A stretch of DNA of 64,000 bases from a bacterium (GTDB taxonomy: Bacteria > Desulfobacterota > Binatia > UBA12015). The stretch is from positions 12,878 to 76,877 of the forward strand of contig JAUIFY010000001.1 of assembly GCA_030430245.1 (NCBI GenBank), given 5' to 3'. Below the pieces are notes generated by a model, which was not told where the DNA came from, searched no databases, and saw only the letters and a list, made by a program, of their open reading frames with translations. Positions within the stretch are counted from its first letter, which is position 1, and each line of letters opens with the position of its first letter. Positions 34,983-44,520 of the stretch are shown here, in pieces. The position numbers and the translations under genes are program-made.

Positions 34983-36319
34983 CCGCCCCGCGCCATCCCG
35001 GAGCGATCACCTACCAGGAGCTGCTCGACACCGACACGCGCGAGGTGCCCCCGGTCCTCCGGATCGACTCGCGCATCGACGACGCCCCGGATCGCGTCCC
35101 GGTCGAGCGATACGTCTCTCGCGAGTTCTTCGAGCTCGAGATCGAGAAGGTGTGGCGCCGCGTCTGGCAGGTGGCCTGTCGGGAGGAGGACGTGCCCGAC
35201 GTGGGCGACCACCTGGTCTACGACATCGCGGGGATGTCGATCCTCGTCGTTCGGTCGAAGCCGGACGAGATCAAGGCGTACTGGAACGCGTGTCTCCACC
35301 GTGGGCGGATGCTGCGCGACCAGCGCGGACGCTCCAGCGACCTTCGGTGCCCGTTCCACGGTTGGTGCTGGCGCCTCGACGGCAGCCTGAAGGAGATCCC
35401 GGCCGGGTGGGACTTTCCGCACGTCGATGCGGCGGAGAACTCGCTGCCCGAGGTTCGGGTCGACACCTGGGGCGGGTTCGTCTTCGTGAACCTCGATCCG
35501 AGCTGCGGTCCCCTGGCGGATCATCTCGGTGACCTCCCGAAGCACTTCGAGCGCTGGCCGCTGGAGAAGCGCTACAAGGCGGCGCACGTGGCGAAGATCC
35601 TGCGATGCAACTGGAAGGTCGCGCAGGAGGCGTTCATGGAGGCGTACCACGTCGTGGGGACGCACCCGCAGCTCATGTGCAGCCTCGGCGACTCGAACAC
35701 CCAGAACGACGTCTTCCCGACGTTCTCGCGCTCCCTGACGCCCAACGGGACGCCCAGTCCGCATCTTCCCGAGCGACCGAGCGAGCAGGCGATGGCCGAC
35801 AACGTGCTCGATCTCGACTACGAGGCGCCGTCCCGCGTGCCCGTGCCGGAGGGGGCGACGGCGCGCGAGACGCTGGCCGAGGTGCGCCGGGCCGCCCTTC
35901 GAGGCGTGCTGAACGGAGGAGCCGACGAGCTCTGCGACGCGGAGCTGATGGACAGCTTCTACTACACGCTCTTCCCGAATCTGCACCCGTGGGGCGCGTA
36001 CAATCGCATCGTCTACCGGTTCCGGCCGCACGGCACCGACCATCGGCAGAGCATCATGGAGGTGATGTTCCTCGAGCCGCTGCCCGACGGACCCCGGCCG
36101 AAGGCGGCGCCCATCCACTGGCTCGGCCCGGACGACGACTGGGTGGATGCCGACGAGCTCGGGATGCTCGCGCGGGTCTTCAATCAAGACAACTTCAACC
36201 TGCCGCGTCAGCAGCGGGGGCTCGAGACGACGCGGAAGACGCACGTGCAGCTCGCGCACTACAACGAGTCGCGGCTTCGTCACTTCCACCGCCTCCTGGG
36301 CGAGTGGATGGAGCGCTGA
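34979..36319 (+). CDS. Rieske [2Fe-2S] non-heme iron ring-hydroxylating oxygenase, alpha-subunit only (KshA-like class)
   Basis: Rieske CLHRGRML...CPFHGWCW (CxH...CxxH). No adjacent beta subunit. 446 aa. Confidence 0.8.
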   Translation: MTAPRHPGAITYQELLDTDTREVPPVLRIDSRIDDAPDRVPVERYVSREFFELEIEKVWRRVWQVACREEDVPDVGDHLVYDIAGMSILVVRSKPDEIKAYWNACLHRGRMLRDQRGRSSDLRCPFHGWCWRLDGSLKEIPAGWDFPHVDAAENSLPEVRVDTWGGFVFVNLDPSCGPLADHLGDLPKHFERWPLEKRYKAAHVAKILRCNWKVAQEAFMEAYHVVGTHPQLMCSLGDSNTQNDVFPTFSRSLTPNGTPSPHLPERPSEQAMADNVLDLDYEAPSRVPVPEGATARETLAEVRRAALRGVLNGGADELCDAELMDSFYYTLFPNLHPWGAYNRIVYRFRPHGTDHRQSIMEVMFLEPLPDGPRPKAAPIHWLGPDDDWVDADELGMLARVFNQDNFNLPRQQRGLETTRKTHVQLAHYNESRLRHFHRLLGEWMER

Positions 36320-36337
36320 GCGGATCCGCGGCCGCGC

Positions 36338-37408
36338 TCAGTCCAGAAGGTCGAGCGCGCCGGTCTCGTGGATGGTCTCGGCCGAGCGTGAGGCGAGGGC
36401 GCGGACCATGTTCGCGCCCCGCTCGTTCGCGTGGTCGAGCGTTCCCGCGATCACGACGGCGAACGTGAAGAGGTAGAGGACCGATGCGCGGTAGTCCTTC
36501 CAGCACTGGTCGAAGTCGTAACCGCGGACGCCGCGCGCGCAGATCCCGTCGTAGTAGCGCCGGACGAGCGCGTCCTGGTGGCGGCGTCGCTCGTCGGATC
36601 GCAGGCTCTGGCTCATGAAGTAGCCGAGGTCGTGCGGCCCGCAGGATTTCGAGATCCCCTGCCAGTCGAACATCGCGACCCCGTCGGGGTCGCCGTCGAC
36701 GTCGAAGAAGAGATTGTCGAGGCGGAAGTCGCCGTGCGCGACCGTGAGGACGCCGGCGCACATCCGGGCCAGACAGGCGCCGGTCTGCGGTCCGATCTTC
36801 GCGTACTGCTCGGCCAGGCCCGACGGAAGCACGTCCCCGAACTTCTCCAGAAACACCGGCCACCCGGCGGCGAATCCCTGGCTCATCCCGCCGACCTGCG
36901 TCGGGTTGTCGTGCACGGGGATCCAGGCGAGATCGGGATGGTCCGTCTTGCCCCACCACGTCGCGTGGAGCTCGGTCATCTGGTCGATCGCACTCCGGGC
37001 GTCCTTCAGGCCGCAGCCTGCGAGTTGGTCGCCGAAGCGGCAGGTCGACATGTCCTCGAGGAGCAGGATGAAGTCGCTGTTGTCCGGGTTCAGCTCGGCG
37101 CAGTAGGGCCTGGGCGAACGGGCCGGCGTTCGCCCAGCGAGCGTCTGGTAGAAACGGACCTCGCGCCCGTACATGTCGAACGTCTCCGCGACGACGCGAT
37201 TGCCCGGCGTCTCGCTCGGAAACTTCGCGATCAGCGTTGCCGGTCCCGCGTCGGGACGCTCGTACGTGAGGGCGATTCGCTTCGAGGTGCCGATCATGCC
37301 GGCCCCCTCGCCGAGGGATTCGATCTCGAACGCGGTGACGGGCGCGCCGAGAACGCCCGAGAGCCAGTCCGCGGTCAGGTCTTCGGGTCGGCTCGGGAAC
37401 GCCGTCAT
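36338..37408 (-). CDS. Phosphotransferase-family protein (APH/choline-kinase-like kinase fold)
   Basis: HGDFRLDNLFF is the Brenner HxDxxxxN motif. AMFDWQ is the DFG-equivalent. Confidence 0.7.
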   Translation of the reverse strand: MTAFPSRPEDLTADWLSGVLGAPVTAFEIESLGEGAGMIGTSKRIALTYERPDAGPATLIAKFPSETPGNRVVAETFDMYGREVRFYQTLAGRTPARSPRPYCAELNPDNSDFILLLEDMSTCRFGDQLAGCGLKDARSAIDQMTELHATWWGKTDHPDLAWIPVHDNPTQVGGMSQGFAAGWPVFLEKFGDVLPSGLAEQYAKIGPQTGACLARMCAGVLTVAHGDFRLDNLFFDVDGDPDGVAMFDWQGISKSCGPHDLGYFMSQSLRSDERRRHQDALVRRYYDGICARGVRGYDFDQCWKDYRASVLYLFTFAVVIAGTLDHANERGANMVRALASRSAETIHETGALDLLD

Positions 37409-38205
37409 GGGATGGACTCCTCGTCCTCGAAGCCGTACTCGGCCTTGAGGTCGGCCACCTTGAGGACCTGGCCGGTGCGCGACATCAGGTTCGGGTCGGT
37501 CGCGAGCGCGACGACGGCGCGTCCGCTGAGCAACGGCGACTGCGCGCGCGTCGGATCGATCTTCGCCTTCCCTTGCGCGACCTGCTCCAGGATGAACTCG
37601 GTCTTGACCGCGCTCGGCCAGATCGAGACGGCGGCGACGCCGTGGCTCTCGAGCTCGACCGCCATGTCCTGGGCCAGGCGGTCGACGCCGATCTTGCCGA
37701 CGCCGTAGGCCACGCTGTGGGCGTAGCCGGCTGCGCCGCGTGAAGAGACGTTCACGATGAGCGCGCCCTTGCGCTCGAGCATCATGGGCGCGGCGTGGTG
37801 GCTCGCGACGTAGTGCGCGCGGAGCCCGATCCCCACCATGTCGTCCCAGATCGAGATCGGGTGCTTCCAGAACTCGCCTTCCCAGACCGGCTCGTCGGGG
37901 ACCTTGAAGACGTTGTTCACCAGGATGTCGAGCCCGTCCTGCTCGGAGCGGATGCGCTCGAAGAGAGCCTCGATCTGGCCATCGTCGCCGTGGTCGACCT
38001 GCACCGCGATGCCCTTGCCTCCGCGACGCGTCACCTCCTCGGCGGTGGCGCCGATGGTGCCGGGCAGGGGCGCGCTCCCTTCCCGCACGGTTCGGCCGGT
38101 GACGTAGACCGTCGCACCCGCCTCACCGAGGCCCATCGCGATGCCCTTGCCGATGCCCCGGCTCGCGCCCGTCACGACGCAGATCTTGCCCGTCAAGCTA
38201 CTCAT
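37405..38205 (-). CDS. SDR-family oxidoreductase
   Basis: Internal Met of track ORF 37405..38436. MSSLTGKICVVTGASRGIGKG is TGxxxGxG. YGVGK is YxxxK. ATGA overlap with the APH-like gene. Confidence 0.8.
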   Translation of the reverse strand: MSSLTGKICVVTGASRGIGKGIAMGLGEAGATVYVTGRTVREGSAPLPGTIGATAEEVTRRGGKGIAVQVDHGDDGQIEALFERIRSEQDGLDILVNNVFKVPDEPVWEGEFWKHPISIWDDMVGIGLRAHYVASHHAAPMMLERKGALIVNVSSRGAAGYAHSVAYGVGKIGVDRLAQDMAVELESHGVAAVSIWPSAVKTEFILEQVAQGKAKIDPTRAQSPLLSGRAVVALATDPNLMSRTGQVLKVADLKAEYGFEDEESIP

Positions 38206-38267
38206 CGGTGCACCTCTTACACATCTGGCTTCGAGAAGGGTATAGGAACGCCCGGAAGGAGACCGAA

Positions 38268-39047
38268 ATGCGACTCGAAGGCAAAGTCGCCGCCGTGACC
38301 GGCGGTAGCCGAAGCATCGGCCGGGCGATCGTCGAGGCGTTCTTGCGCGAAGGCGCGCGCGTGTGCCTGAACGGTCGCAGTGAAGAGAAGGGCGCTCGAG
38401 CCCTGGCCGAGATCGGTGCCGGCGACCGGGCCGCATTCGTCGCGGGCGACGTGCGAAGCTCGGCGGACATCGAGCGCCTCGTCGAGACGACCGTCTCGAA
38501 GTTCGGGCGGATCGACATCATGGTCAACAACGCCGGCGGGATCACCGAGCCCGCACCGGTGATCGCTCTCAGCGACGACGCGTGGGCCAACGACGTGCAG
38601 TGGAACCTGACGAGCGTGTTCTATGGTACGAAGCACGCTCTCAAGCACATGGTTCCTCAGAAGTTCGGCCGCATCATCAACATCTCGTCCGTCGAGGGGA
38701 AGATGGGGGTGCCGGGCATGGCGGGCTACGCGGCGTCGAAGCACGGGGTGAACGGGCTCACGAAGGCCACGGCGGGCGAGGTGGGCCGCGAAGGCGTCAC
38801 GGTGAACGCGATCTGCCCCGGGCTGATCCTGACCGACGCCGTCACCGAGGGCGGTCCCCAGACGGCCGAGGCCATGGGGATGACGTTCGAGGACATGGTC
38901 GAGAACGTCTTCAAGGCCAAGACGATGACGGGCGAGCTGAACACGGTCGAGCAGGTCGCGGAGCTGGCGGTGCTGCTCGCCAGCGATCTCGGAGCGGGCT
39001 TCACCGGAGCCCAGCTCTCGGTGGACGGGGGAATCGCACCGTACTGA
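38268..39047 (+). CDS. SDR-family oxidoreductase (3-oxoacyl-ACP reductase-like)
   Basis: MRLEGKVAAVTGGSRSIGRA...NNAG...YAASK. ggagaccgaa RBS. It is the internal start of track ORF 38208..39047. Confidence 0.8.
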   Translation: MRLEGKVAAVTGGSRSIGRAIVEAFLREGARVCLNGRSEEKGARALAEIGAGDRAAFVAGDVRSSADIERLVETTVSKFGRIDIMVNNAGGITEPAPVIALSDDAWANDVQWNLTSVFYGTKHALKHMVPQKFGRIINISSVEGKMGVPGMAGYAASKHGVNGLTKATAGEVGREGVTVNAICPGLILTDAVTEGGPQTAEAMGMTFEDMVENVFKAKTMTGELNTVEQVAELAVLLASDLGAGFTGAQLSVDGGIAPY

Positions 39048-39060
39048 GCCCGTTTCCGGG

Positions 39061-40332
39061 TCAGCCACCGGGCTTCTTGTCGACGATCAGGTCGAGTCCG
39101 GCGAGGCCGCGCAGGACGAAGCTCGGCTCGTACTCGACCTGGTAGCCGGGGGCGAACCGAAACGACTCGATGCGTCGCGCGAACTCCTCGAAGGCGATTT
39201 GCGCCTCGAGTCGAGCCAGCGGCGCGCCGGGACAGACGTGGGTGCCTTTCCCGAAGGCGATGTGATCCTTCACGTTCGCCCGCGTCGGATCGAACCGGTC
39301 GGGATCGGGGAAGTACGTCTCGTCGCGATTCGCCGAGCCGAAGATGATCCAGAGCCGGGCCCCCTCGGGGAGCTTCGTCCCGCAGAGCTCGGTGTCGGCC
39401 GTGACCGTGCGGAAGAGCCCCTGGTTCGGGCTGCTCAGCCGGAGTGCCTCTTCGACCATCGCGGGGATCGTCGACGGATCGTCCTGGATCCGTCGCCACT
39501 CGGCCGGGTTCTCGATCAAGAGACGGATGGCCTCGGCGAGGAGCTTCGTCGTGGTCTCGTTCCCCGCGACCATGAACTGGCGCATCATGCTGATGAACTC
39601 CGCGACGTCGAGCTTGCGGACCGCCCCGGTGTGGTCCTCGAAGTCCGCGTTCACGAGGTTCGAGACGATGTCGTCGCGCGGGTTCTTTCTGCTCTCCTCG
39701 TAGCGGCCGGCCCAGTAGTGCTGGGATTCGACGACGCCGCGCGCCGCCTCGATCCGCCGCTCGTCGGAGATCCTCGTTCCGAGGGTCGCGACGGAGTCGT
39801 CCGACCAGCGGCGTACGTCCTTCGCCCGCTCGGCTTCGATCGAGAGAGCGTACGAGATCGCCTTGATCGGGAACGGGGTTCCGAAGCTCGGGTCGAAGGC
39901 GATCTCTCCGTGGTCGGGCCACGCGTCGATGAGCTGGTTCGTCACGTCGCGCAGCAGCGGCTCGAACTCCCGGATCCGGCGCGGGGTGAAGGGCTTGCCG
40001 ATCGCCTTGCGATACCGCGTTTGCGCGGGAGGATCGGCCGTCAGCATCGTGGGCACCATCGGGTAGCCCTCGGCCGCGATCTTCTTGATCTCCTCGTCGA
40101 CCTCGGGCCGTCCGCCACGGTCGGTTCGCGCCTTGGCCGATTCCGAGGAGAACAGGTTGGGTCGCCCGAGAACCTCGAGGACGGCGTCCATGGTCGAAAC
40201 GAAGTAGAGGCCCGACTTCTCGTGATGAAAGACCGGCGCGGTGCGGCGCAGAGCCGCGTAGTAGGGAAACGGGTTCTGCTGCGCTGTTCGCTCGATCGGG
40301 TCGTACGTCGAGAGATCGATCTCGCTGCTCAC
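39061..40332 (-). CDS. Cytochrome P450
   Basis: Heme loop FGKGTHVCPGAPLAR (FxxGxxxCxG). ExxR (EEALRL). GTG start VSSEIDLSTYDPIERTAQQNPFPYYAALR chosen inside track ORF 39061..40581. 424 aa. Confidence 0.85.
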   Translation of the reverse strand: MSSEIDLSTYDPIERTAQQNPFPYYAALRRTAPVFHHEKSGLYFVSTMDAVLEVLGRPNLFSSESAKARTDRGGRPEVDEEIKKIAAEGYPMVPTMLTADPPAQTRYRKAIGKPFTPRRIREFEPLLRDVTNQLIDAWPDHGEIAFDPSFGTPFPIKAISYALSIEAERAKDVRRWSDDSVATLGTRISDERRIEAARGVVESQHYWAGRYEESRKNPRDDIVSNLVNADFEDHTGAVRKLDVAEFISMMRQFMVAGNETTTKLLAEAIRLLIENPAEWRRIQDDPSTIPAMVEEALRLSSPNQGLFRTVTADTELCGTKLPEGARLWIIFGSANRDETYFPDPDRFDPTRANVKDHIAFGKGTHVCPGAPLARLEAQIAFEEFARRIESFRFAPGYQVEYEPSFVLRGLAGLDLIVDKKPGG

Positions 40333-40682
40333 GTGTCGTCCTCGGTCGTGAAGAAGTCCGCGCGCGGCTTGCCGTCGCGGTCGTAGACGGGCTCTTGCAC
40401 GTCGATGCGATATTTCGAGATGTCCGTGGAGAGGCGCCGGAACGATCCGAGGGTCTTGCGCATCTCCCGATAGAGGGGGCCTTCGAAGTGCGCGGAGAGA
40501 GACGCTTCGTCCTCCCACCGCTCGAAGACGTACATGCGCTCCGGCACCGCGGGATCCGGGGTCCACACGTAGTCGAGGCACCCGGGCAGCTCTCGCGTCC
40601 GGGCGGAGAGCTCGCGTGCGGCTTCCACGGCGGCATCGCGCTCGTCGGGGGCGAAGTCCAGGGTGCCAGCGATGATGATCAT
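40329..40682 (-). CDS. ABM-domain (antibiotic-biosynthesis-monooxygenase-like) small protein
   Basis: It is the last 117 aa of shadow ORF 40329..42647: MIIIAGTLDFAPDERDAAVEAARELSARTRELPGCLDYVWTPDPAVPERMYVFERWEDEASLSAHFEGPLYREM. 4-nt overlaps with both neighbours. Confidence 0.6.
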   Translation of the reverse strand: MIIIAGTLDFAPDERDAAVEAARELSARTRELPGCLDYVWTPDPAVPERMYVFERWEDEASLSAHFEGPLYREMRKTLGSFRRLSTDISKYRIDVQEPVYDRDGKPRADFFTTEDDT

Positions 40683-41863
40683 TTCCTTCCCTTGCCGGTG
40701 CGGGGCAGACCGAGGATGCGCTCGGCGATGATGTTGCGTTGGATCTCGCTGCTGCCGCCGAAGATCGTATAGGCGCGCGACCAGAGCTCGCGCCACTGCC
40801 AGATGCCGCGGTCGATCCCGTCGTCCAACCAGTGCTGCGCGGCCAGGCCCTGCGCCTCGTTCGCCAGACGCGAGAGGCGTTGGTCGTACTCGGACATCTG
40901 GAGCTTCAGGAGGCTCGACGCGGGCCCGGCCTTCCGGCCGGTGCGCACCTCTTCGACCGACTGGAGCACCTGTTGCTTCAGGACCTCGAACTCGATGCGG
41001 CACTGCGCGAATCGCTGCCGGAAGCTCGGGTCGTCCGCGAGCGATCTGCCCGCGCGGTGCGTGATTCGTGCGCGCTCCGCGATCTGGTCCAGGAAATCGC
41101 CGAACCGGAGCATCGCCAGGTTGGCGCCGCGCTCGTGCGCGAGGACGTGGTTCGCGACCTCCCAGCCCTGGGTCGGCCGGCCGACCATGTGGGCCGCCGG
41201 GACGCGGACGTCCTCGAAGAACACCTGACAGAAGTCGACGTCGGTCGTGATGTTCACGATCGGCGCGACCTCGATCCCGGGGCTCTTCATGTCGATCAGC
41301 AAGAAGCCGATGCCGGCCTGCTTGCGCGCTTCGGGATCGGTGCGCACCAGGGCGAAGATCCAGTCGGCGTGCGTGCCGTAGGTGGTCCAGATCTTCGTCC
41401 CGTTCACGACGTAGTCGTCGCCGTCGAGCACCGCGCGCGTTTGGAGGCTCGCCAGATCCGACCCCGCTCCCGGCTCCGAGTAGCCCTGACACCAGATCTC
41501 GTCGGCCGAGAGGATGCCCGGCAAGAAGCGGCGCTTCTGCTCTTCGGTGCCGTACTCGAGGAGCGCGGGGACGCACTGCTTGACGCCTACCTGGTTGGCG
41601 ATGGGAGGTGCGCTCGCCCGGACCATCTCCTCGGCCCGGATCAGCTCGTGCTCGGCGGAGAGTCCCTGGCCGCCGTACGCGCGCGGGAGGGTCAGGCCCA
41701 TGTAGCCGGCGTCGAACAGCGTGCGCTGCCACGCGCGGATCTCGTCGAACCGACGCTCCGGGACCTCGTAGGGGGTCGCGGCGAACTCCTCCTGCCACCA
41801 CGCCGGCACGTGGTCGTCGAGCCAGCGGCGCAGATCGGTGCGCCAGTCGTCGAGTGCGCTCAT
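40679..41863 (-). CDS. Acyl-CoA dehydrogenase (second gene of a tandem ACAD pair)
   Basis: MSALDDWRTDLRRWLDDHVPAWW...CQGYSEPGAGSDLASL...IFGGSSEIQRNIIAERILGLP. It is the last 394 aa of track ORF 40679..42985. Confidence 0.8.
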   Translation of the reverse strand: MSALDDWRTDLRRWLDDHVPAWWQEEFAATPYEVPERRFDEIRAWQRTLFDAGYMGLTLPRAYGGQGLSAEHELIRAEEMVRASAPPIANQVGVKQCVPALLEYGTEEQKRRFLPGILSADEIWCQGYSEPGAGSDLASLQTRAVLDGDDYVVNGTKIWTTYGTHADWIFALVRTDPEARKQAGIGFLLIDMKSPGIEVAPIVNITTDVDFCQVFFEDVRVPAAHMVGRPTQGWEVANHVLAHERGANLAMLRFGDFLDQIAERARITHRAGRSLADDPSFRQRFAQCRIEFEVLKQQVLQSVEEVRTGRKAGPASSLLKLQMSEYDQRLSRLANEAQGLAAQHWLDDGIDRGIWQWRELWSRAYTIFGGSSEIQRNIIAERILGLPRTGKGRK

Positions 41864-42963
41864 AGTCCGGCTCCGCGCGCGATCCGCTCGCGGTGCTCGT
41901 CCGGGTGCCCGGCCGTGATCTCGTTGGCGCGTGCGCGCTTGTAGAAGAGGTGGCAGTCGAACTCCCACGTGAACCCGACGCCGCCGTGGATCTGGATCCC
42001 CTCGGCGGCGACCTCCCGGTAGGCCTCGGTCGCGTAGGCCTTGGCCATCGAGCAGGCGAACGCGCCGTCGTCCCGATGGCGCTCGAGCTCGCGGGCCGCG
42101 TGGTAGGTGATCGCACGCGCCCCTTCCGTTCGTACGAGCATGTCCGAGCACTTGTGCTTGATCGCCTGGTTCGCTCCGATCGGCGCGCCGAACTGGACGC
42201 GCTCCTTCGCGTAGGCGACGGTGCTCTCCAGGACCCGTGCGCATCCCCCCACCGCCTCGGCCGCGAGGGCGAGCCAGTGGATGGGCTCGGCGTGGGGCCA
42301 CAGCGCCGCGAGCCGACCGACGAGGCGGGCCGGGGTGCCTTCGAACGTGACGCGATGGAGCGGTCGCGTCTCGTCCATCGTCGCCGGGGACTCGACGGTG
42401 ACGCCGTCCGCGTCTCGGTCGACGAGGACCCAGACGAGATCGTCGTGGGCGTCGCGTACGGCGACGACGATCTGGTCGGCCACCGGCACGTCCGCGACGA
42501 ACGCCTTGGTGCCCGTGACACCCGCAGCCTCCGACCAGTGCGCCGCGAACGTCGTCGGGTCGTCTCCCTCGACCTCCGCGAACGCGACGGCGAGAACGAG
42601 GTCGCCGGCCGCGACGCGCGGGCACGCCTCGCGTGCGAGGCCCGCATCGTCGCTCCGTGCGAGGAGGGCGGTTCCGAGCAGGGTGCTCAGGTACGCGGAC
42701 GGAACGAGACCGCGCCCCAGCTCCTCGAGGACGATGGTCTGCTCGACGAACGTGAGCGCCATGCCGCCGTGCTCTTCGGGAAGGAGCAGCCCGAGCCAGC
42801 CCATCTCTGCGAACTGCTTCCACAGCGCGGCGTGCATCTCGGCCCGCCGTGTCGGCTCGGACCGGGTCCACTCCCGAACCCGGGCGATCGGATGGCGCGC
42901 GGCGAGGAGCTCGCGGGCGGAATCGCGCAGCAGGAGCTGCTCGTCGGTCAGGAGCGTCGTCAC
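41860..42963 (-). CDS. Acyl-CoA dehydrogenase family protein (first gene of a tandem ACAD pair)
   Basis: GTG start VTTLLTDEQLLLRDSARELLAARHP...FGAPIGANQAIKHKCSDMLV...IQIHGGVGFTWEFDCHLFYKRA. It is the last 367 aa of track ORF 41860..43686. Confidence 0.75.
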   Translation of the reverse strand: MTTLLTDEQLLLRDSARELLAARHPIARVREWTRSEPTRRAEMHAALWKQFAEMGWLGLLLPEEHGGMALTFVEQTIVLEELGRGLVPSAYLSTLLGTALLARSDDAGLAREACPRVAAGDLVLAVAFAEVEGDDPTTFAAHWSEAAGVTGTKAFVADVPVADQIVVAVRDAHDDLVWVLVDRDADGVTVESPATMDETRPLHRVTFEGTPARLVGRLAALWPHAEPIHWLALAAEAVGGCARVLESTVAYAKERVQFGAPIGANQAIKHKCSDMLVRTEGARAITYHAARELERHRDDGAFACSMAKAYATEAYREVAAEGIQIHGGVGFTWEFDCHLFYKRARANEITAGHPDEHRERIARGAGL

Positions 42964-43727
42964 GCCCCCTCCGGACGAACCGCATCGAGGCCGCCGATCG
43001 CCCAGCGGAGGCCCCGGCGCAAGAGCTCGTAGTAGACGGGCAGCTCCCAGGAGCCGCGCTCGATCTTCGGGTACACGTCCATACGCGGCCGCATGTCGTG
43101 CTTCCCGCGGCAATGGCCGAGCGTCAGGTAGAGGACCTCGCCCCGTCCTTCGGGGTGCAGGTACATCACGAGTCGCGGATCGTCGTTCGGCCAGTCGCGG
43201 TCGACGAAGCCGCGCGCTTCGCCGGTGAAGCGCGTCTCCAGAAGGGGCTCGATCTCTCCGTAGTAGTCGCAGAGATAGAGCTCGTCGTCGGTCTCGAAGT
43301 CCTCGATTCCGGCGACCAGGGGGTGGTCGGGCCGTGTCGTGCGGACGCGGTAGGGGGCGATCGGTGGGTGGGCGAGGAAGCGCGATCCGAGCGCCCGCAT
43401 CATCACCGCGTGGGTGCGCAGCGCCTTCACGCCGTCGTCCCGGAACTCGAAGACGGAGTTCGTGCCGTGCAGCGCGAACCAGCGGCGGCCGCTGGCGACG
43501 TACGCGGCCAGCGCTTCCTGCTGCTCGGTCGGCACGGGATCGAGATCGCAGGTGTAGGTCACGAGGAAGTCGGACGCATCGAGGGCGGCCAGGTCGGAGA
43601 AGTTCTCGGCGAGGCGGGTCCGAACGTCCTCGTGCTCGCCGAGGAGCTTCAGCAGCTCGAGGCGTGCGAAGTCGAAGTCGTGCCATCGTCCTCCGCAGAC
43701 GAGGTATGCCGAGACCGGGCTACTCAC
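42960..43727 (-). CDS. ThuA-like (class I glutamine-amidotransferase-like fold) protein
   Basis: MSSPVSAYLVCGGRWHDFDFARLELLKLL...WFALHGTNSVFEF resembles ThuA/DUF1037. Assignment is tentative. Confidence 0.5.
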   Translation of the reverse strand: MSSPVSAYLVCGGRWHDFDFARLELLKLLGEHEDVRTRLAENFSDLAALDASDFLVTYTCDLDPVPTEQQEALAAYVASGRRWFALHGTNSVFEFRDDGVKALRTHAVMMRALGSRFLAHPPIAPYRVRTTRPDHPLVAGIEDFETDDELYLCDYYGEIEPLLETRFTGEARGFVDRDWPNDDPRLVMYLHPEGRGEVLYLTLGHCRGKHDMRPRMDVYPKIERGSWELPVYYELLRRGLRWAIGGLDAVRPEGA

Positions 43728-43752
43728 GCCGACATCTCTCCGGAGGACGGGC

Positions 43753-44511
43753 TCAGAAGTTCACCCTCTTCGTGTACCCGCCGTCCACGATGAGGTGGAC
43801 TCCGGTGATGTGCTTCGCGGCCGGGCTCGAGAGGAACACGACCGCGTTCGCCACATCCTGCGCTTCGCCCATCTTCCCGCCGGGATGGTCGGCGAGCGCC
43901 GCTTCGTACATCGCGGGTCGTCCCTGCTTGATGCGGTCCCACGAGCCGCCTTCGATGAAGATCGGCCCCGGTGAGACGGTATTCACCCGGATGCCCTTCG
44001 CGCCGAGGCTCTGCGACAGTCCGTTTGCGTGCGTCACCAGGGCCGCCTTCATGGCGTTGTAGGAGGTCGGCCCCATGAAGGTCTCGACGGCCGCAGTCGT
44101 TCCGATGAACATCACGCTGGCCGCGTCCGAGGCCTCGAGCGCCTCCTGCGCCGCCTCCACGCTCCGTACGGCACCGAGCACGTCCACCTCGAAGTTCGCC
44201 CGCCAGGCGGCTTCGTCCACACCGTTGCCGCCGCTCGGATTGCTCACGAGGATGTCGAGCCCGCCCAGGGCTTCGATCGAGGCAGAGATGAAGGCCCGGA
44301 GAGCGTCTCCGTCGCCGACGTCCGCCACCTGTCCGTGGACGCGAACGCCCTTCGCCTCGAGATCCTTCTTCGTCGCGTCCACGGCTTCCTGCGTGCGGGA
44401 GCAGATCGCGAGATCGACGCCTTCGCCCGCGAGCGTCTCCGCGATCGCACGGCCGATGCCGCGCGTTGCTCCGGTGACGAGCGCCTTCTTTCCCTTCAAT
44501 CCCAGGTCCAC
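43753..44511 (-). CDS. SDR-family oxidoreductase
   Basis: KKALVTGATRGIGRAIA...YNAMK. Confidence 0.85.
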   Translation of the reverse strand: MDLGLKGKKALVTGATRGIGRAIAETLAGEGVDLAICSRTQEAVDATKKDLEAKGVRVHGQVADVGDGDALRAFISASIEALGGLDILVSNPSGGNGVDEAAWRANFEVDVLGAVRSVEAAQEALEASDAASVMFIGTTAAVETFMGPTSYNAMKAALVTHANGLSQSLGAKGIRVNTVSPGPIFIEGGSWDRIKQGRPAMYEAALADHPGGKMGEAQDVANAVVFLSSPAAKHITGVHLIVDGGYTKRVNF

Positions 44512-44520
44512 GTTCGACTC

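Noticed and set aside
33492-36289. 471-aa and 507-aa minus ORFs, and 33629..34621 plus
   Set aside because: Antisense to the NADP-oxidoreductase and Rieske oxygenase genes. Arg-rich.
38726-43686. Long minus ORFs 38726..40636 and 40329..42647, and the N-terminal extensions of 40679..42985 and 41860..43686
   Set aside because: Arg-rich. Real proteins begin at internal starts (P450 40332, ABM 40682, ACAD 41863, ACAD 42963). Only the last 117 aa of 40329..42647 (ABM) was kept.
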